Of a stretch of DNA of 64,000 nucleotides, positions 1 to 19,253 are shown piece by piece. A program made the position numbers and the translations under genes. Under the pieces are notes generated by a model, which worked only from the letters and a program-made list of their open reading frames with translations, ran no database searches and was not told the origin of the DNA. Source of the stretch: Chrysomallon squamiferum (lineage: Eukaryota; Animalia; Mollusca); the NCBI GenBank assembly GCA_012295275.1, contig CM022671.1:24862001-24926000 (forward strand). Direction: 5' to 3'. Positions within the stretch are counted from its first letter, which is position 1; each line of letters begins with the position of its first letter.

Positions 1-4447
<4,447 letters not shown>

Positions 4448-5394
4448 TGGTATTAATTTTTCACTCCTGCTGTATTTCCGAGAAGAAGACACACACACAC
4501 ACACACACCTGTACAGGTAAGCTCTGAAGCCGAATCCAATTAAAAATACAGGTAGAACTGAAACGAGGGTAATCCAGCGTAAACAGTGCAGTTACTCACA
4601 CATACACACTCACAAACTCGCTGGACAGTCGTGTTTGAAGAGGCGTAGATGTTATAAAAACGTTCTTTTCACTAAAAAGGAGACAAAAAACCCCAGATAT
4701 ACGCCCATAATGAATATACTTTAACTGTATATTTCTGTTCGTTTATTAAGATGGGTGTGCTATCTAGGTAAAGTAAAGAAGGATATCTTCAGATTTTTTT
4801 TTTTTTTTTTTTTTTGCACAAATATTGTATAAACTGTTTGCTCTAAACCTGTTGTGTGTTTAACGAAGTTTCAGCTGAACATGGCGACAAAAGTTTCACC
4901 GAAAATACAAATATTAACAGGACTGAGAATTCAATAGACAGCTGAAGAAGGTTCGTGGATTTGATAGAATTTTAAAAAAAAAGAAAATAAAATAAATGCA
5001 GCCACCCTAGAATATTTGTGCAGTTGCAGTAACAGGATATTACAAGGCTGAAGTGCGAGGGACGTTCGAAAAAAAGCAAACAAATGTTAGTTAAACCAGG
5101 AATTTTTGCTGGGACTATTTAGATAGAACCAGGAACATAAACACGTGAATCTTTTAACTGCACCCAAAGTAAAAAAAAAAAAGAATAAAAAAAATAAAAT
5201 AAAAATGCATTATTGTATATCAACATAATAATACGTGTAAAAATACAAAATATGAAAATAATAAATATTCAGTCTGTATTATTTGTTCTAATTTAAAAAA
5301 AAGAAAGAGTTTTAATGGAATGTTTGGAATTAACGGTAGCCTTTTCAGGTTATTTACTTTGTTTTTTGTTTTTGTTTCTGAGACGTTTTAGTAC

Positions 5395-5461
<67 letters not shown>

Positions 5462-6275
5462 TTATTTAATTTTTTTTTTTTAATTATTTTTATATTTATT
5501 ATTATTACTATTATTATTATTATTATTGCTTTAAATTGTCAACTGCTAGTTATAAAAATGTCCTTTTGTTGTTTTTTTTTTTTTTTTTTATTTAGTTATT
5601 TTTATTTTAAAAGAAACTATTCCTATATATAATCTATTTAAAAAGATACACCGCACTCCAGTTTCTCCAAAGGAAGATAATTTTATTAATAAAAATCATA
5701 GCTTCAAATAATGTTGGATATATATATCTGAGAGATACGCTGACTGTTTTTCAGCAGTTTTCTGAACTTATAAGCTGTTTTCCAGTATCTCGCAATCCAA
5801 GCTGAGCTAACGTAATGAGACTAAGATTATTTGAAGTTGTCTAACTCTATACTTTCCTCTCCTCTCTTATTAAAAAGTGGTCGGCTGTTAGTCGAATTTG
5901 TGTTTGCTCATGGAACTAGACTCGGCTAAAACACACTTAGCCTTTTTTCTTTTTTTTCTTTAGGAACTTTCTATTGTACGCAGTGTAAACAAATTAACTG
6001 CACAGATTGAGTCTTGGATGTATCCCGCGTTAGATTTGTAAACACAGTTTTCTTCACTGATTAAATGAGCAAACATTTCAGTCGTCAGCTTTAGAAGAAA
6101 AAAAAAAGGTTTTAATACGAACTGCAGTCAGAAATTGTAAAGTTGTTATCGTTATAACATAAACAGCAATAGAAATTTAGAACAGTTATCATTATAATAT
6201 GAAATATAAAATAGAAATTTCAAAGTTGGTATCATAATATTATGACTTGAAATAAGAAATGTTAAAATTGGTTTC

Positions 6276-6368
<93 letters not shown>

Positions 6369-9053
6369 AATACAAACCTTCGAGACAAATTTTATAATCT
6401 TGAGAACTTATTCGTTGACGATATAAAAAAACATTTTCCAGTTTTGCTTTTACTTTCTTTCTTTCTTTCTTTTTTATTCTTAGTTCTCTTTACTGGAATA
6501 GACATTTTTAATTAAAATTCATAATAAGTAATTATTATATTTTATAAGTTCGCCATAGACTCCACAATGTCTATGTTTGAGATGTATGCAAATATATATT
6601 AGGGCGTGGTTCTCTTTTTATCAATAACAAATGACTGCTGATATTGTCTGCTGTGTGGACTGTGAAGATTGTTTGCTTCACCAGCCAATCTGTAGATGTG
6701 TACACATTTAAGTAGATTCGAAAATAATCCGAAAATGCAATAGTTCCTTCATTTTTTTAAAAATTATTATTCATCTGTTGTTGTTGTTAATATTATTTTG
6801 AAGATTTCAAACAAAATAAAAAAAGAAGTAAATAATAACAAAAAAAAAAACAACAACAATCAAAGAAAGCAATAATAAAAATGAATGAACAAAAAAAAAA
6901 AAAAAAAAAAAAAAAAGAAAAAGAAAGAGAAAATAAAGAAAAAGACGAAACAACAACAAAATAAACAAACAAACAAACAAACAAATAAATAAATAAATAA
7001 AGAAAGAAAGAAAGAAAGAAATAAAGAAAACAATCAACTAATAACCAAAAGCAACAACCTTAATAGGAAAGGTTTCGTCGTTGCCAAAATACTGCTGAAT
7101 ACCTAATGAAATAACCTAATCAAGGGATCCTCGCGAAAAAGGTAATTTAGATTCGGCTAAGATAAAACAAACAAAAAAACACAAACAAACAAACAAAAAA
7201 AAAAAAACAAACAAAAAAACAGAGAAACAAACAATCGAACAAACGAACGAACAGATAAAGAAATAAACAAACGAATGAATGAATAAAATAAATAAAATTA
7301 ATAATTAAGAAATTCAATGTTTTGCCAAATACACAATGGATACTTGGGTTTCTAGTTTCAGTTACTTATATAATAGATACTGGTAGACAGTGCGTAGACA
7401 GTCTTATATCATTTCGTTGTCTTATTTAAAATAAATAAATAAAAATATTATTCATTTTAATATATATTAACACATATAAATAAGGAAAACCTCACAAATG
7501 CACAACATACACAACATATGTAAACATACAAAGATAATGGCTTTACTTCATCATACACGCCACTCACACATACGCACAGACATACACATACAACATACAC
7601 AAAATCAAACCTGTACCAAACACAAAACCTCATAAAAACGCACACATGCACATAGATATATAAATACATTCGTATAAACAAGTAAAACAGATAATAAGAT
7701 CGATACATTTGTTACGTCATCTCATTTTCTATCTGAGGAGACGGCTGAATGAGTATTTGACGTAAGCAGTATTGTTGTGGAGATCCCAAGTCTGAGAAAT
7801 ACGTCTTCATTGATGACGCGTTGTTTTCTTTGCTTCATATAATGGATAAGGGCCGATAACTTAGTACTGAACTTATTTTATTATTAATCGTGAACATACA
7901 AACGATTATTTTCTTGAATGACGTACATGCACACATAATATTATAAGTACCTACCAGCTTTCTTCCTGGTCGTATAAATACGTAAAAAGAATACTGTGAA
8001 CACATCCGCGTATAAAAATATAAACACCTACGTATTTAAGTAGAAAGTGACGTTACGTCATCTCATTATCAAACAGACGATGCTGATATGTGCACGTACA
8101 GACAGATATGTAACATACGTATGAATGCATAGACTAAATGTAGATGTTAGTATTGAATCTCTCATAGCTAAAATTAATTACCGTTGACTCAAGTCACTAT
8201 ATCCAGATCGGCAGACAATGAACTACGTCATCTTCTTGTTTATTATGAAGATGATAACGTAGAGTTGTTTATTTTGAAATTGAATATAACTGTTTGTGAT
8301 ATGGTGCATGCGTGTATACGAACAGGTTTTTCATAAAGATAAATATTAACAAAATAGCGACCAGATATTATATATATCTCACCAGATATTATATACAGTC
8401 TATTTATTTATTTCAAACAAACGATAATCGATAGGCAATGACGATACGTTAGTTCATTGGTGTGCAACAGATTTTCTAAAAAAAAAAAATAATAAAAAAA
8501 ATAAATAAATAAACAAACAAATAAATAAATAAATACACAAATTTATATTCAGATGGACTAATTTTTAAAATTCGTGGTACGACGTAATATTTTTTACATT
8601 TTTTTTGTATTAATTATCCATTTTAATTCATACTTTATATATGTTGACTATGCGGCTGAGTCTCTTGCATGAAGCTGACTCCAACGACATCGGAATGAAT
8701 TTAGTCCTCATTACCGCGCGTTATTAGAAGGTGTCCTAATTTTACGACAAATCGTAAATTTAAATGCATCTTTACACACAAATATATATTTATATACATA
8801 TTAAACAATAGTTGTGTCCCTTTGATTTTTCTCTTGTCAGCATTTTTATATTAATCTGGTCATAATTAATTCAACATGGAAAATACACGTATGTAAATTA
8901 TTTACCTGTATGTGTGTATGTGTGTGTGTGTGTGTGTTTGTGTGAGTGTGTTTGTGTGTGTGTCTGCGTGTGTGTGTGTGCGTGCGAGCGAGGCCTTATA
9001 TATATCGCAAGGTTGTCATTAGTGAATCGATGTATTCAGACCTACTATTCAAT

Positions 9054-9571
9054 ACTTGCCAAACGTTCTGACGCTGGAAGAGCAATAGCTCAGAATAATG
9101 ACATTATTTCATAAAACCCCGATCATCAACTTCATTGTCTCGTATCAATAAATTTCAATAATGGAGTAAAAGACGTTTCTAACAACAAAATTTGGACAAA
9201 AACGTGACATATCCTTTAATCTTTTTAATCTGACTAATGGTAAAATATGTCCCGAAAGTCAATATTTTCAATTCATGTCTTTTTTATAATTTTTTCTTAA
9301 TTGTTTATCAAACATCAAATGGATGTATACAGATTTTACATTTCAATATGCATAATTAACTTGCCAAACGTTCTCTTGCCGGAAGAGCAATATTTCAGCA
9401 TAATGACATTATTTTTTTTTATTAAACACCGATCGTGAACTTTACTGTTATATCTCGTTCAGTTTCAGTATTGAAGTAAAAGATATTTCCAACTACAGAC
9501 TGGACAAAAAAGTGTCATATCCTTTAATCTTTTTAATCTGACTAATGGAAGAAAATGTCACAATTCATGTC
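9054..9571. repeat. Diverged local direct duplication (~9054-9280 and ~9359-9571)
   Basis: Shared acttgccaaacgttct...ggaagagcaata...ataatgacattattt...catatcctttaatctttttaatctgactaatgg...caattcatgtc. Confidence 0.85.
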
Positions 9572-11491
9572 GTTTTTTGTTTTTCTTCCTATTTTTTTTT
9601 GAAAACTACAGCACCCTAAAATGGTTCTTTTTAATGTGCTGTTATGTAATGCGTTCCGTTATTTTACATTAATTTAGTAATTTTATTTATTTACATCAGT
9701 ATAATGTTATTCTATGGAGACTCGTTGCTTCAGAGTGGTAGGGCAAGAGATGGATTGCTCCGAATTTTATGCCCGATTTTGGAAATAAACAATACCATAT
9801 TATATGTTATGCTGTGCTGTATATTACAGCTGTGTACTCTAATATAATACACTATACCACACTGAAAAACGCTACACAAATATATATTCTATTTATTATA
9901 TTATATTATATTATATTATATTATATTATGTTATATTATATTATATTATTGTAACATCTGTAATGTAATATTCACACTAAGAGTAGTTGTAGTATACTGT
10001 GGTATATTTGCTACTATACATTTATACTGTCAGTTTTGCCGTAAAGGAATGTGTAGTTTTAAATTTCTATTTATAACGACTAAACTCATCACTTTTATTT
10101 CTCCTTTATTTGATATACAACAGAACTATTATCATCCTTCAGCTTTGACAGAATTTAATTAATTCATTAAACTAATAGTGTTTTAATGCTTATGAACAAA
10201 ACCTGCAATTAATAAAGACGTTATATAAAATGCCAGAATAAATATTTAAGACTTATTTTTCAAAATAGAGTCTAACCAAGAAAATGTTTTCTATTAACAC
10301 TTTTCATCTGTATGTGGCTTTGGTACGTAATGACGTATATGTTCAACGTCCTTTGTTAAGAACGGCATCATTATCAAAATACCTATACAGATAATGGTCA
10401 CAATTTATGGTGACATTTCATTATAATTTACCCATGCTGTGCTAAAGATCAATCGTACAATATCTTTATCAGAATAGTTCTGGTGGAGGCTGAATTCGTG
10501 TTAAATATAGTATTGTCTCTGACAGCGTTAAATATCTATGTATCGTTATGCAAGTAAAACACGATATGTTTAAAGAAAAGTAACAAGAATTAACATGATA
10601 GATAAACAGACCATTGCTTATTTCAAATTAATTGTTTAAAAGCTATAATTTTCTATAATGTTTTTTTTTTTTAATTTGTGAATATCACTGAATATTATTA
10701 TTATGTCGTAATACAAGATAATTAATAGTTTAAGCAATTAAAACCATTTTCTACAATTTGAATTTAATTAAATAGATTTCATACAAAAATTAAATTTTAT
10801 TTTCCTCATGCTTAACACTATCAGAGCGTAGTTATTTAGTTACTGTTGTTAAATGCAATTTGTTAATATTAACATTTAATCTGTAGGTAGAACCTGCATG
10901 TTTCTGTTTTTTTTTTTTTTTCTTTTTTTGTGATTTTTTATTTATTTATTTATTTTTTTAATTTTGTCTTGTTTTATCATGCTTTGTTATTTATTTTATT
11001 TTATTTTATTTTATTTTTTTTTTTTTGCAGAAACATTTTTCTTGATTTTCACGCAACAGGTTTTGATATTCTATTCATGGATGACAAAAAACTTGAAACA
11101 GCTACTGTCGAAATTCAATCAACTAAACTATACGACTACTTGTTATTCTGCTTGTTATCTTTAATTATGACACTTAGTACATTAATTTTTTTTAATCATA
11201 AAATTTGAGAATATACACCTACTCACCTGTATTTGTTTTTCTTCTATTGTTTAGTATTGCTCCGTCCTTATTTAATGTAATAAATATGCAGGGTGGTAAC
11301 ACCTGGCGTTTTTATGAACTGTTTAATGAAACTAAAACAAAATAACTGAATTTTCCAGTGATGACGTATTTTGAAGGACAGTGTACAATAATGTAACATT
11401 AACACGTAACGATTATAAATTAAAAATAAAATTATTTTTGTAAAACAAACAAAAAGACAAGAAGAAAAGATGAAAGAGAAAGAGGCTTGTT

Positions 11492-11580
<89 letters not shown>

Positions 11581-12466
11581 TGATGCAATCAGTGCCCAAA
11601 GAATGTGTGACTGGTTAAATACACTTTTGATTAAGATACAAATAATGATGAAAATGTATGAAATACCAAATAATATACAAATCACAGATTATCTTTAGTA
11701 ATATATTGTTACGTAATCTGAAATAAAAAGAACACAATATAAGAATAAAAACGTAGTAAATTAAAATCTTGTCCCATCTTTTAGCTGAGGTTACATCTTT
11801 TTTTTCTTATTTTAAGGAAGGAAGAGCCAGAATGAAACAATATCTAAAACAGGGAAAGAAGAGTAGCAAATGAGCAGATTTCTAATTCCTTAGTTTGTAT
11901 TAAAACATTTTCTTGTTCACGTAAGAGATTATAAATTAATTTGTTATTGACAAAAAATGATTTTTTTTAATAATTAAAAAAGAAAATTTTAATTATTTCT
12001 CTCTCTCCAATAGTTTTTAATATTCATATTGATTTTTTAAGAATTTTTGTTGTGTTGCAGGTTCCTGGTTTTTAATTCATCTTATAAAATCCTGTCGAAA
12101 GGTTTTTATTATTTTATTACTTTTTCGAAAAACTTTTTCATTTCAGTGCCTTTTATTACTTGCGGACATGTTATCCTTTGTTGCTAATATTACCGTCAGT
12201 AATCCATAATGAAATACTTTTTAATTATTTACTTTTTGCTTCCAGAGTGTACATTATTTGAGTAGCGTTAAAACTAATTACTTGGCAAACTGTAAACTTC
12301 ATAAACACGTGCAGTTTTTAGATAAACGGTTTAATAATAAACAGTAACAATAGAATCGAGGTAAAATGTTATTCTTTTATTTTCTTCAAACACAAAAATA
12401 TATAGAGGAACTCAAGTACGCTTACAGACACCCCACACGTGCCCCCACAAACAAACAAACACACAC

Positions 12467-12543
<77 letters not shown>

Positions 12544-12568
12544 ACATACCCTATATATAAGCGATTAT

Positions 12569-13814
12569 GGCCCGTGAAGTCGACAATTTGTATAAATGAT
12601 CTTAAAATTGTGTCCACTTGGCAGGACAGGCTGAAATGTACCAGTGAGGAGCTGTCGATGTCCCGGGACTCGTTAACTGCCGTTTTACCTGGTTGACGCT
12701 GTGCGCAGTCAAAAAGTAACAACGAGGTGATACTGTACCGCAGCTATTACTACTACTACAATTCAGTTTCAGTTCAGTTTATTTATTTACCAAAGACACC
12801 ATGACTATAAACACAAAAACAGACAAGAATACAGTTATAAAACAGAAACAGCTGTGTAATAGGTTACAGTATACAAATACAGGGGAAAAAAAAAAATGAA
12901 ACCTAAGAATTAGGATAATAAAAAATATAAACATATAGTTGTTATACATATGTAGTTACAAATTAAATTACATATTTATCAAGATTCTTTAAAGTTTTTA
13001 TATTTTCTGAAGACAAAAGATCGATTATATTAAAGTAGATGGTCTTGATCCTCGAAATATCATTTTAAAATAAACATTTTGGCACACACACACACACACA
13101 CACACACTGGAAATCTCATCGGCGTTAATGTTAGGAACTGGCGTTGTTTCCATTTTGGCTCTGTCCATCAGTTTCGCCTTGAACGCATCAACGTGTCCAA
13201 TATTTTTAATGGCACCACCGGATGGTCGTGCTGTATCTGTCCTGCCGTCTGGAGCATGTTGTCCACAGTCACAACGTAGGCCTTGCATTGCGATGTAGTA
13301 CACCTCCAGTAAATTTTCTCTCCACGCTTTCTATTTACGCGAAATTTCTGCTGGTTGTAACACAAATGTCGTCCGTCGCTTAACGTGTCGATAGAAGTCA
13401 CTCTAACTTGTGCAGCTGCCATAATGTTAAATGTGAAATAGTTTTCCATTTTGATATAAAACTTTATATAGATTAAACCGGGAAAAGAACCTGCTCAATA
13501 CAAGAAAAAGATAAATTTACTACCCAAATCAGTAAATTGGTAGAGCATAATACGAGCAAATAAACTAAAAAAAAGCCACCAAAAACGCACAGGTACCTAC
13601 TCAATTAATGGAAGCGTAATCTGAAATTCTACCCAGGACATTCTACACCGTTGAAACAAAGACTGTTCATACCACAACGTAGAACATGCAAACCAGTTAG
13701 ATCTGTCTACTTCAGGGTTCTCATCTCGCTGTTAACAAAAATGGCGTCTCGTAACTGCAGCGCAGAACTTACATATCAATTAGATTTATCGACTTCCCGG
13801 GCCGGGCCGACACC
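12569..13814 (-). mobile_element. Degenerate Mutator-like (MULE) element carrying a FLYWCH zinc-finger remnant
   Basis: ORF 13449-13168 contains LCYNQQKFRVNRKRGEKIYWRC..SQCKAYV...HDHP (FLYWCH) and continues after a frameshift as FKAKLMDRAKMETTPVPNI; imperfect inverted ends ggcccgtgaagtcgaca (12569) / tatcgacttcccgggcc (~13787-13803). Confidence 0.7.
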
Positions 13815-13874
13815 ATATACACATACACAGGGCTTTGAAAATTGGCTACTGCCGAATGGTTTTCTCTCTATAAC

Positions 13875-13919
<45 letters not shown>

Positions 13920-14820
13920 GTAATTTAATAATGTCAAGTTTTTATACATGTTCTTGACATCGATATTCAGTACCAAGAATAATGCACGAAACCATGAATA
14001 TGCCAGAATATCCCATTTTCTGTGAAAAAAACGAAACAAAACAAAACCAAACACCAATAGTGGAAATACAATGAAATGTTTTTTTTTTTTTTTTTATTTG
14101 TTTCCTTTAAAATATTTTATTCATTGATTTGTAAAATTACTTTTATTACGGAGGAATGAAAAAATTACAAATTTTATAGTAATACTAAAAACAAAACTAT
14201 TCAATGTTTGCGTCCTTGTTACAGCAATGACTTGAACACGTGTGAATATAAGTGAAACCTTTCGATGTTAGTAGAGTCCGTAAAAATAATTATTTCAGCT
14301 AACCAAGCTACACGAGAGTGTGTGTACACATTAAATATGTATATTATCAATTAAATGTGGTACTTGTAAGAAGGCTTACGAGATGACATGAAGTTAAAGT
14401 CCTTACTACTTTAACCTAATGCCCCCTGCTCAATAACATCTGAATTTATATCTATCTGTTGAGATCTATGTTATGTATGCGATTTATTTATTGTTTAATA
14501 TTTCTGGGCTGGAATTTAAGATTTAGATAAAAATACGACAATGTGTAGTGTGAATGTGTGTCTTATTAATTAATTTATTTTTTAAAATACTCATAATTTA
14601 TAATTTACCTTACGCCACAACCTAGTAAAAAATATTTCACTCAAAAATTTCGTTTCTAATGAAAGCCGAAAAGAACTACATTTCATCAATACAAAAAGCG
14701 TTATATTTTCCGTACAAGATATTATAACGTCTAAATAATTAGATGTCAGTAATATTAATTAGTTAAAATTTAAAAAATTCAGAATCAAATAACTACAAAA
14801 AGAAAATTACAATCACAGAA

Positions 14821-14922
14821 CTGTCAATCAAAAATACTTTAAGAAATCACAGTCACATTATCCAATGAAATGCCTGCAAATTTCAGTAACTAACGGAAAT
14901 GGATTCTTAGCTTAATATAAAA
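14821..14922 (+). promoter_or_regulatory. Candidate promoter of receptor A1: CTGTCAATCA decamer, CCAAT (14862), TATAAAA (14916)
   Basis: Same three motifs in the same order and spacing upstream of A2 (17706/17746/17800) and A3 (24446/24486/24540). Confidence 0.5.
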
Positions 14923-15165
14923 GAGTACTGCAACTGTAACTAAAAAGTAAATTAATCTTTTATTTTTTGTTTGTTTAGATGCAGAGTTTAATGTAAGAAT
15001 TGAAAATAAATTCGTTATCATTAGTTTGTGAAATGGAATTAACGTTATACACGGTGATAAGCAAACTGAATGAATTTTATGGATATGAAGAAAAACATAT
15101 CTGTAATTAAAAACAGTCTGCAGAAATTTTAACTGATTTGGGCCAAAAAAGTTATAAAAGAAGCC

Positions 15166-16201
15166 ATGAATGAAAGTACTGTGAACTCAACAAAGCCGAC
15201 GTTTGAACAACATTTATCATTAACTGTTATTGGTTGTTTCATAACTGCATGGGGATTTTCTAACAACGTCTTCATGTTGTTGATTCTCGAAAAGTCCGGT
15301 ATGTTTCGTGAAGTAGTAGGACACTTCATGGCCAGTGAAGTGCTTGCGGACATGTCACTCGCTTTAGTTACTGAAGTGCTTATTTTAATTGACCTTAGTT
15401 CCCAAAAGTAGTTATCGTGTTCTCGTTAGCAACTGGACTGTCAGGGGTTAAATGTTTATCTTTAGCAGGACTAAGTATCGTTTTGAGCATTGCCATTTGC
15501 AATCCCATCCAGTACAGAATTCGACTTACAACGAGAAAAGTCAAAACATGTTTGGTTTTAACCTGGATGTGGGTTCCTGTTGTTATCACTTACATTCAAA
15601 CAGAAGGAACGTTCTACAAACTGAATGACTATTCAAACAGAATTGATCCCAATTATACATGTGAGAATTGGTGGGTTGGAGCTCTTAATATGTCAGGCAT
15701 TGTCGGTGTTCCTCTGATTGTCATCAGTATATGTGTAGTTAAAATAGCTCGACGTCAGAAGGCTGCAGTTTTAACCAACTGTTACTACAAAAGCGCAACG
15801 GAAAGTAAAATTCGATTAGCCAAATTAAACACTGTCATTTTTATTTTTCATGTCTTGTCACAACTACCTTTCCATATAGTTAATTCTCTGCATATCGTGG
15901 ATCCCAAAATACTGAATTTAATACTTTTGCTGTACTTCATGTATCCTTCGATGAAACTCTTCATCTATTTAGTTATGATGCAAAGCTTCAGACGAACGGC
16001 AGCGAAGATTTTAGATGTGGTTATTGTAAAAAAGAGAAAAGACAGAACTGTCAAAACTCTGATACAATAAATAAGGTGTATCATATTACAAAGGAAAAGC
16101 AGATAGGGCGTACTGACAAAAGACAGATTAAAGGTTTTGAATTAAAGACAGGAGAAACAAGTACCGCAACTGATGAATACGTCATTCACAGTGGCACGTA
16201 A
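15166..16201 (+). CDS. Intronless rhodopsin-like 7TM receptor, copy A1 (two -1 frameshifts as assembled)
   Basis: Co-linear with intact A3; 1-nt losses near 15408 and in a T-run at 16009-16012; corrected frame ends ...DEYVIHSGT* at 16201. Confidence 0.8.
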
Positions 16202-18214
16202 TTGTCAACTCAGAATAAAATATTTTAGGAATCTGCTAGAGGTGAAAAAAAAAAAAGTAAGAAAGAACAAAAGAACAGAAAACAAGAATAAAGCTCTATC
16301 AGCTTTGTAATTAAAACTATCTATGAAGTTAACGACACATCAACTAAAACTACAATAATAATGCATAAAATATTGTTGTCATGATTAAGAGATATCTAGT
16401 AGCCGATTTCAAACCTGGTTTATTTGCTGTCGTCAGTAGTCTTCGTTCAGTCAACAACATAAATCCACCATCGTAGACAGAAGTTTTCAAAAGTCTGATA
16501 ACTGGAGGAGTTTTTCACTCACAGATGTCTGATCTGCGATTTTACTGGTATGATTTAAGAAATGAGGATGGAAAGCAGTAACCGATGAACTGCTCTTTCT
16601 TTGACTTGTAACAATTGATCATTCATACGCATCTTTACTCAGGCAGGAAAATACTTACCACAGCCTTTATAATCCAGCATTAATGAATAACAGAAATAAA
16701 TATATGTTAATACTATTATTATTTTAAAACTAACAACATTAATGTACTTCAAAATATTCATATAACAGCGGAAATTAAAGCCAGATTCGAAGGTAACACA
16801 GATGATATTAAACTCGAGAATAAATCTTAGGGTTAATGATTGTGAATACATTCAGGTTTATAAACATATTATATTTAATAATAATAATAATAATAATACA
16901 TTTTTTATTATAACTTTGTAGTTTTGGAATTATCTATTTTATTTATTATAAAGAATGAACATTCATTTTGTTACGTACGATTGTAAGATAAATTATGCAC
17001 TCGGAATATCAAATTGTTTTCATTAATTATTCTTGAATATTTGTTTTAAAACCATTAACATTATTTTTATAATGTTTATTTCAGATACCAAACCATTTAT
17101 GCCGCTTCCAGGAAACCGTAATTACCAGAAATCTGGCTTTAGATGTCAGTTAATTAAAATAATGTTTTTTACTTTTCACTGTTTCTTTTACATTTTAAGT
17201 ATATATTAAACTTCGGTTCAGGATACCAGAAATTTAGGAATCCGGTTTGATAACTGAATAAACGGTTTGATAACTGTATTTACTTTTTTTTGGACAGTAT
17301 ATAAATATCTGTAACTGATTAATTTTCTATACACAGTCACCTATTATAATCTGAAATATTTATTCATAAATTTATTGTTATTATTATTATTATGATCCTC
17401 ATCATGAGTCGCACTTTCTTGACAACACGTATAATCTGTCCGCACCTCCAAACACCGGCTCTGCTGAGTTCACAGTTCTTTCATTCATGTCTTCTTTTAT
17501 AAAAAATGTTTTGCCCAAATCAGATTTGATGGCTTTCAGTCATTTTTCTTTTCTTTTTTATCCACCCCCTTTTTTTTCAAGTGTCGAGATATTATTATCA
17601 TTTAACGATCAATTTTGCTCATTTTCTGTGAGCAGCAAATAATAAATCAACAATTACATTTACAATATTATTATTATCTATGAAAAGAAAATTTCAGTTA
17701 CAGATCTGTCAATCAAATTACTTTAAGAAATCATAGTCACATTATCCAATGAAATGCCTCCAGTTTTCACTAACTAATCGAGGTGGAATCTAAGATTAAT
17801 ATAAAAGATACTGCAACGTTAAGTAAAATTAACATTTTTGTTTGTTTGTTTGGATGCAGAGTTTAATGACTGTAATGACAAATTGTTATTGTTGAAGATA
17901 AATTCGTTATCAGTAGCTTGTGAAAAGGAACTAACATATAAGGTTGTTACCAGAATGAACTTTATGAATGTGAGGAAATAACATTGTTAGTAACCAATAA
18001 AGCAAAACTTTTATAATAAAAAACAATCTGCAGAAATTTTAATAAAAATGCAAAAGTTTTATTTTTGAGGTTAAAATAGAAGAAAAAAAAAATTAGCATA
18101 GTATATGTGATTAATATTTCGACACTTGAAAAAAAGGGGAACAAAAAGAAAAGAAAAATGATTGAAAGCCATCAAAACTAATTTGGGCAAAATATTTTCT
18201 TTATAAAAGAAGCC

Positions 18215-19253
18215 ATGAATGAAAGTACTGTGAACTCAACAAAGCCGACGTTTGAACAACATTTATCGTTATCTCTTATTGGTTGTTTCGTAATTGCATG
18301 GGGATTTTCTAATAACGTCTTCATGTTGTTGATTCTCAAAAAGTCTGGTATGTTTCGTGAAGTAGTAGGACACTTCTTGGCCAGTGAAGTGCTGGCGGAC
18401 ATGTCACTGGCTATAGTTACTGAAGTGCTTCTTATAATTGGCTTCCGTACCCAAAATCTCATTATCGTTATGTCGTTAGCAACTGGACTGTCAGGGGTTA
18501 AATGTTTATCTTTAGCAGGACTAAGTATCGTGTTGAGCATTGCCATTTGCAATCCCATCCAGTACAGGATTCGGATTTCAACGAGAAAAGTCAAAACATG
18601 TTTGGTTTTAACCTGGATGTGGGTTCCTGTTGTTATCACTTACATTCAAACAGAAGGAACGTTCTACAAACTGAATGACTATTCAAACAGAATTTGATCC
18701 CAATTATACATGTGAGAATTGGTGGGTTGGAGCTCTTAATATGTCAGGCATTGTCGGTGTTCCTCTGATTGTCATCAGTATATGTGTAATTAAAATAGCT
18801 CGACGTCAGAAGGCTGCAGTTTTAACCAACTGTTACTACAAAAGCGCAACGGAAGGTAAAATTCGATTAGCCAAACTAAACACTGTCATTTTTATTTTTC
18901 ATGTTTTGTCACAACTACCTTTCCATATTGTTAATTCTCTGCATATCGTGGATCCCAAAATATTGAATTTAATACTGTTGCTGTACTTCATGTATCCTTC
19001 GATGAAACTCTTCATCTATTTAGTTATGATGCAAAGCTTCAGACGAACGGCAGCGAAGATTTTTGGATGTGCTTATTGTAAAAAAGAGAAAAGACAGAAC
19101 TGTCAAAACTCTGATACGATAAACAATGTGTACTATATTACAAAGGAAAAGCAGATACAGAGTGCTGACATAAGCCAGATTAATGGTTTTGAATTAAAGA
19201 CAGGAGAAACAAGTACCGCAACCGATGAGTACGTCGTTGGCAGTGACACATAA
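18215..19253 (+). CDS. Intronless rhodopsin-like 7TM receptor, copy A2 (one +1 frameshift as assembled)
   Basis: ORFs 18215-18697 and 18675-19253 join if one T is removed at 18693-18695 (AGAATTTGAT vs AGAATTGAT in A1). Confidence 0.82.
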
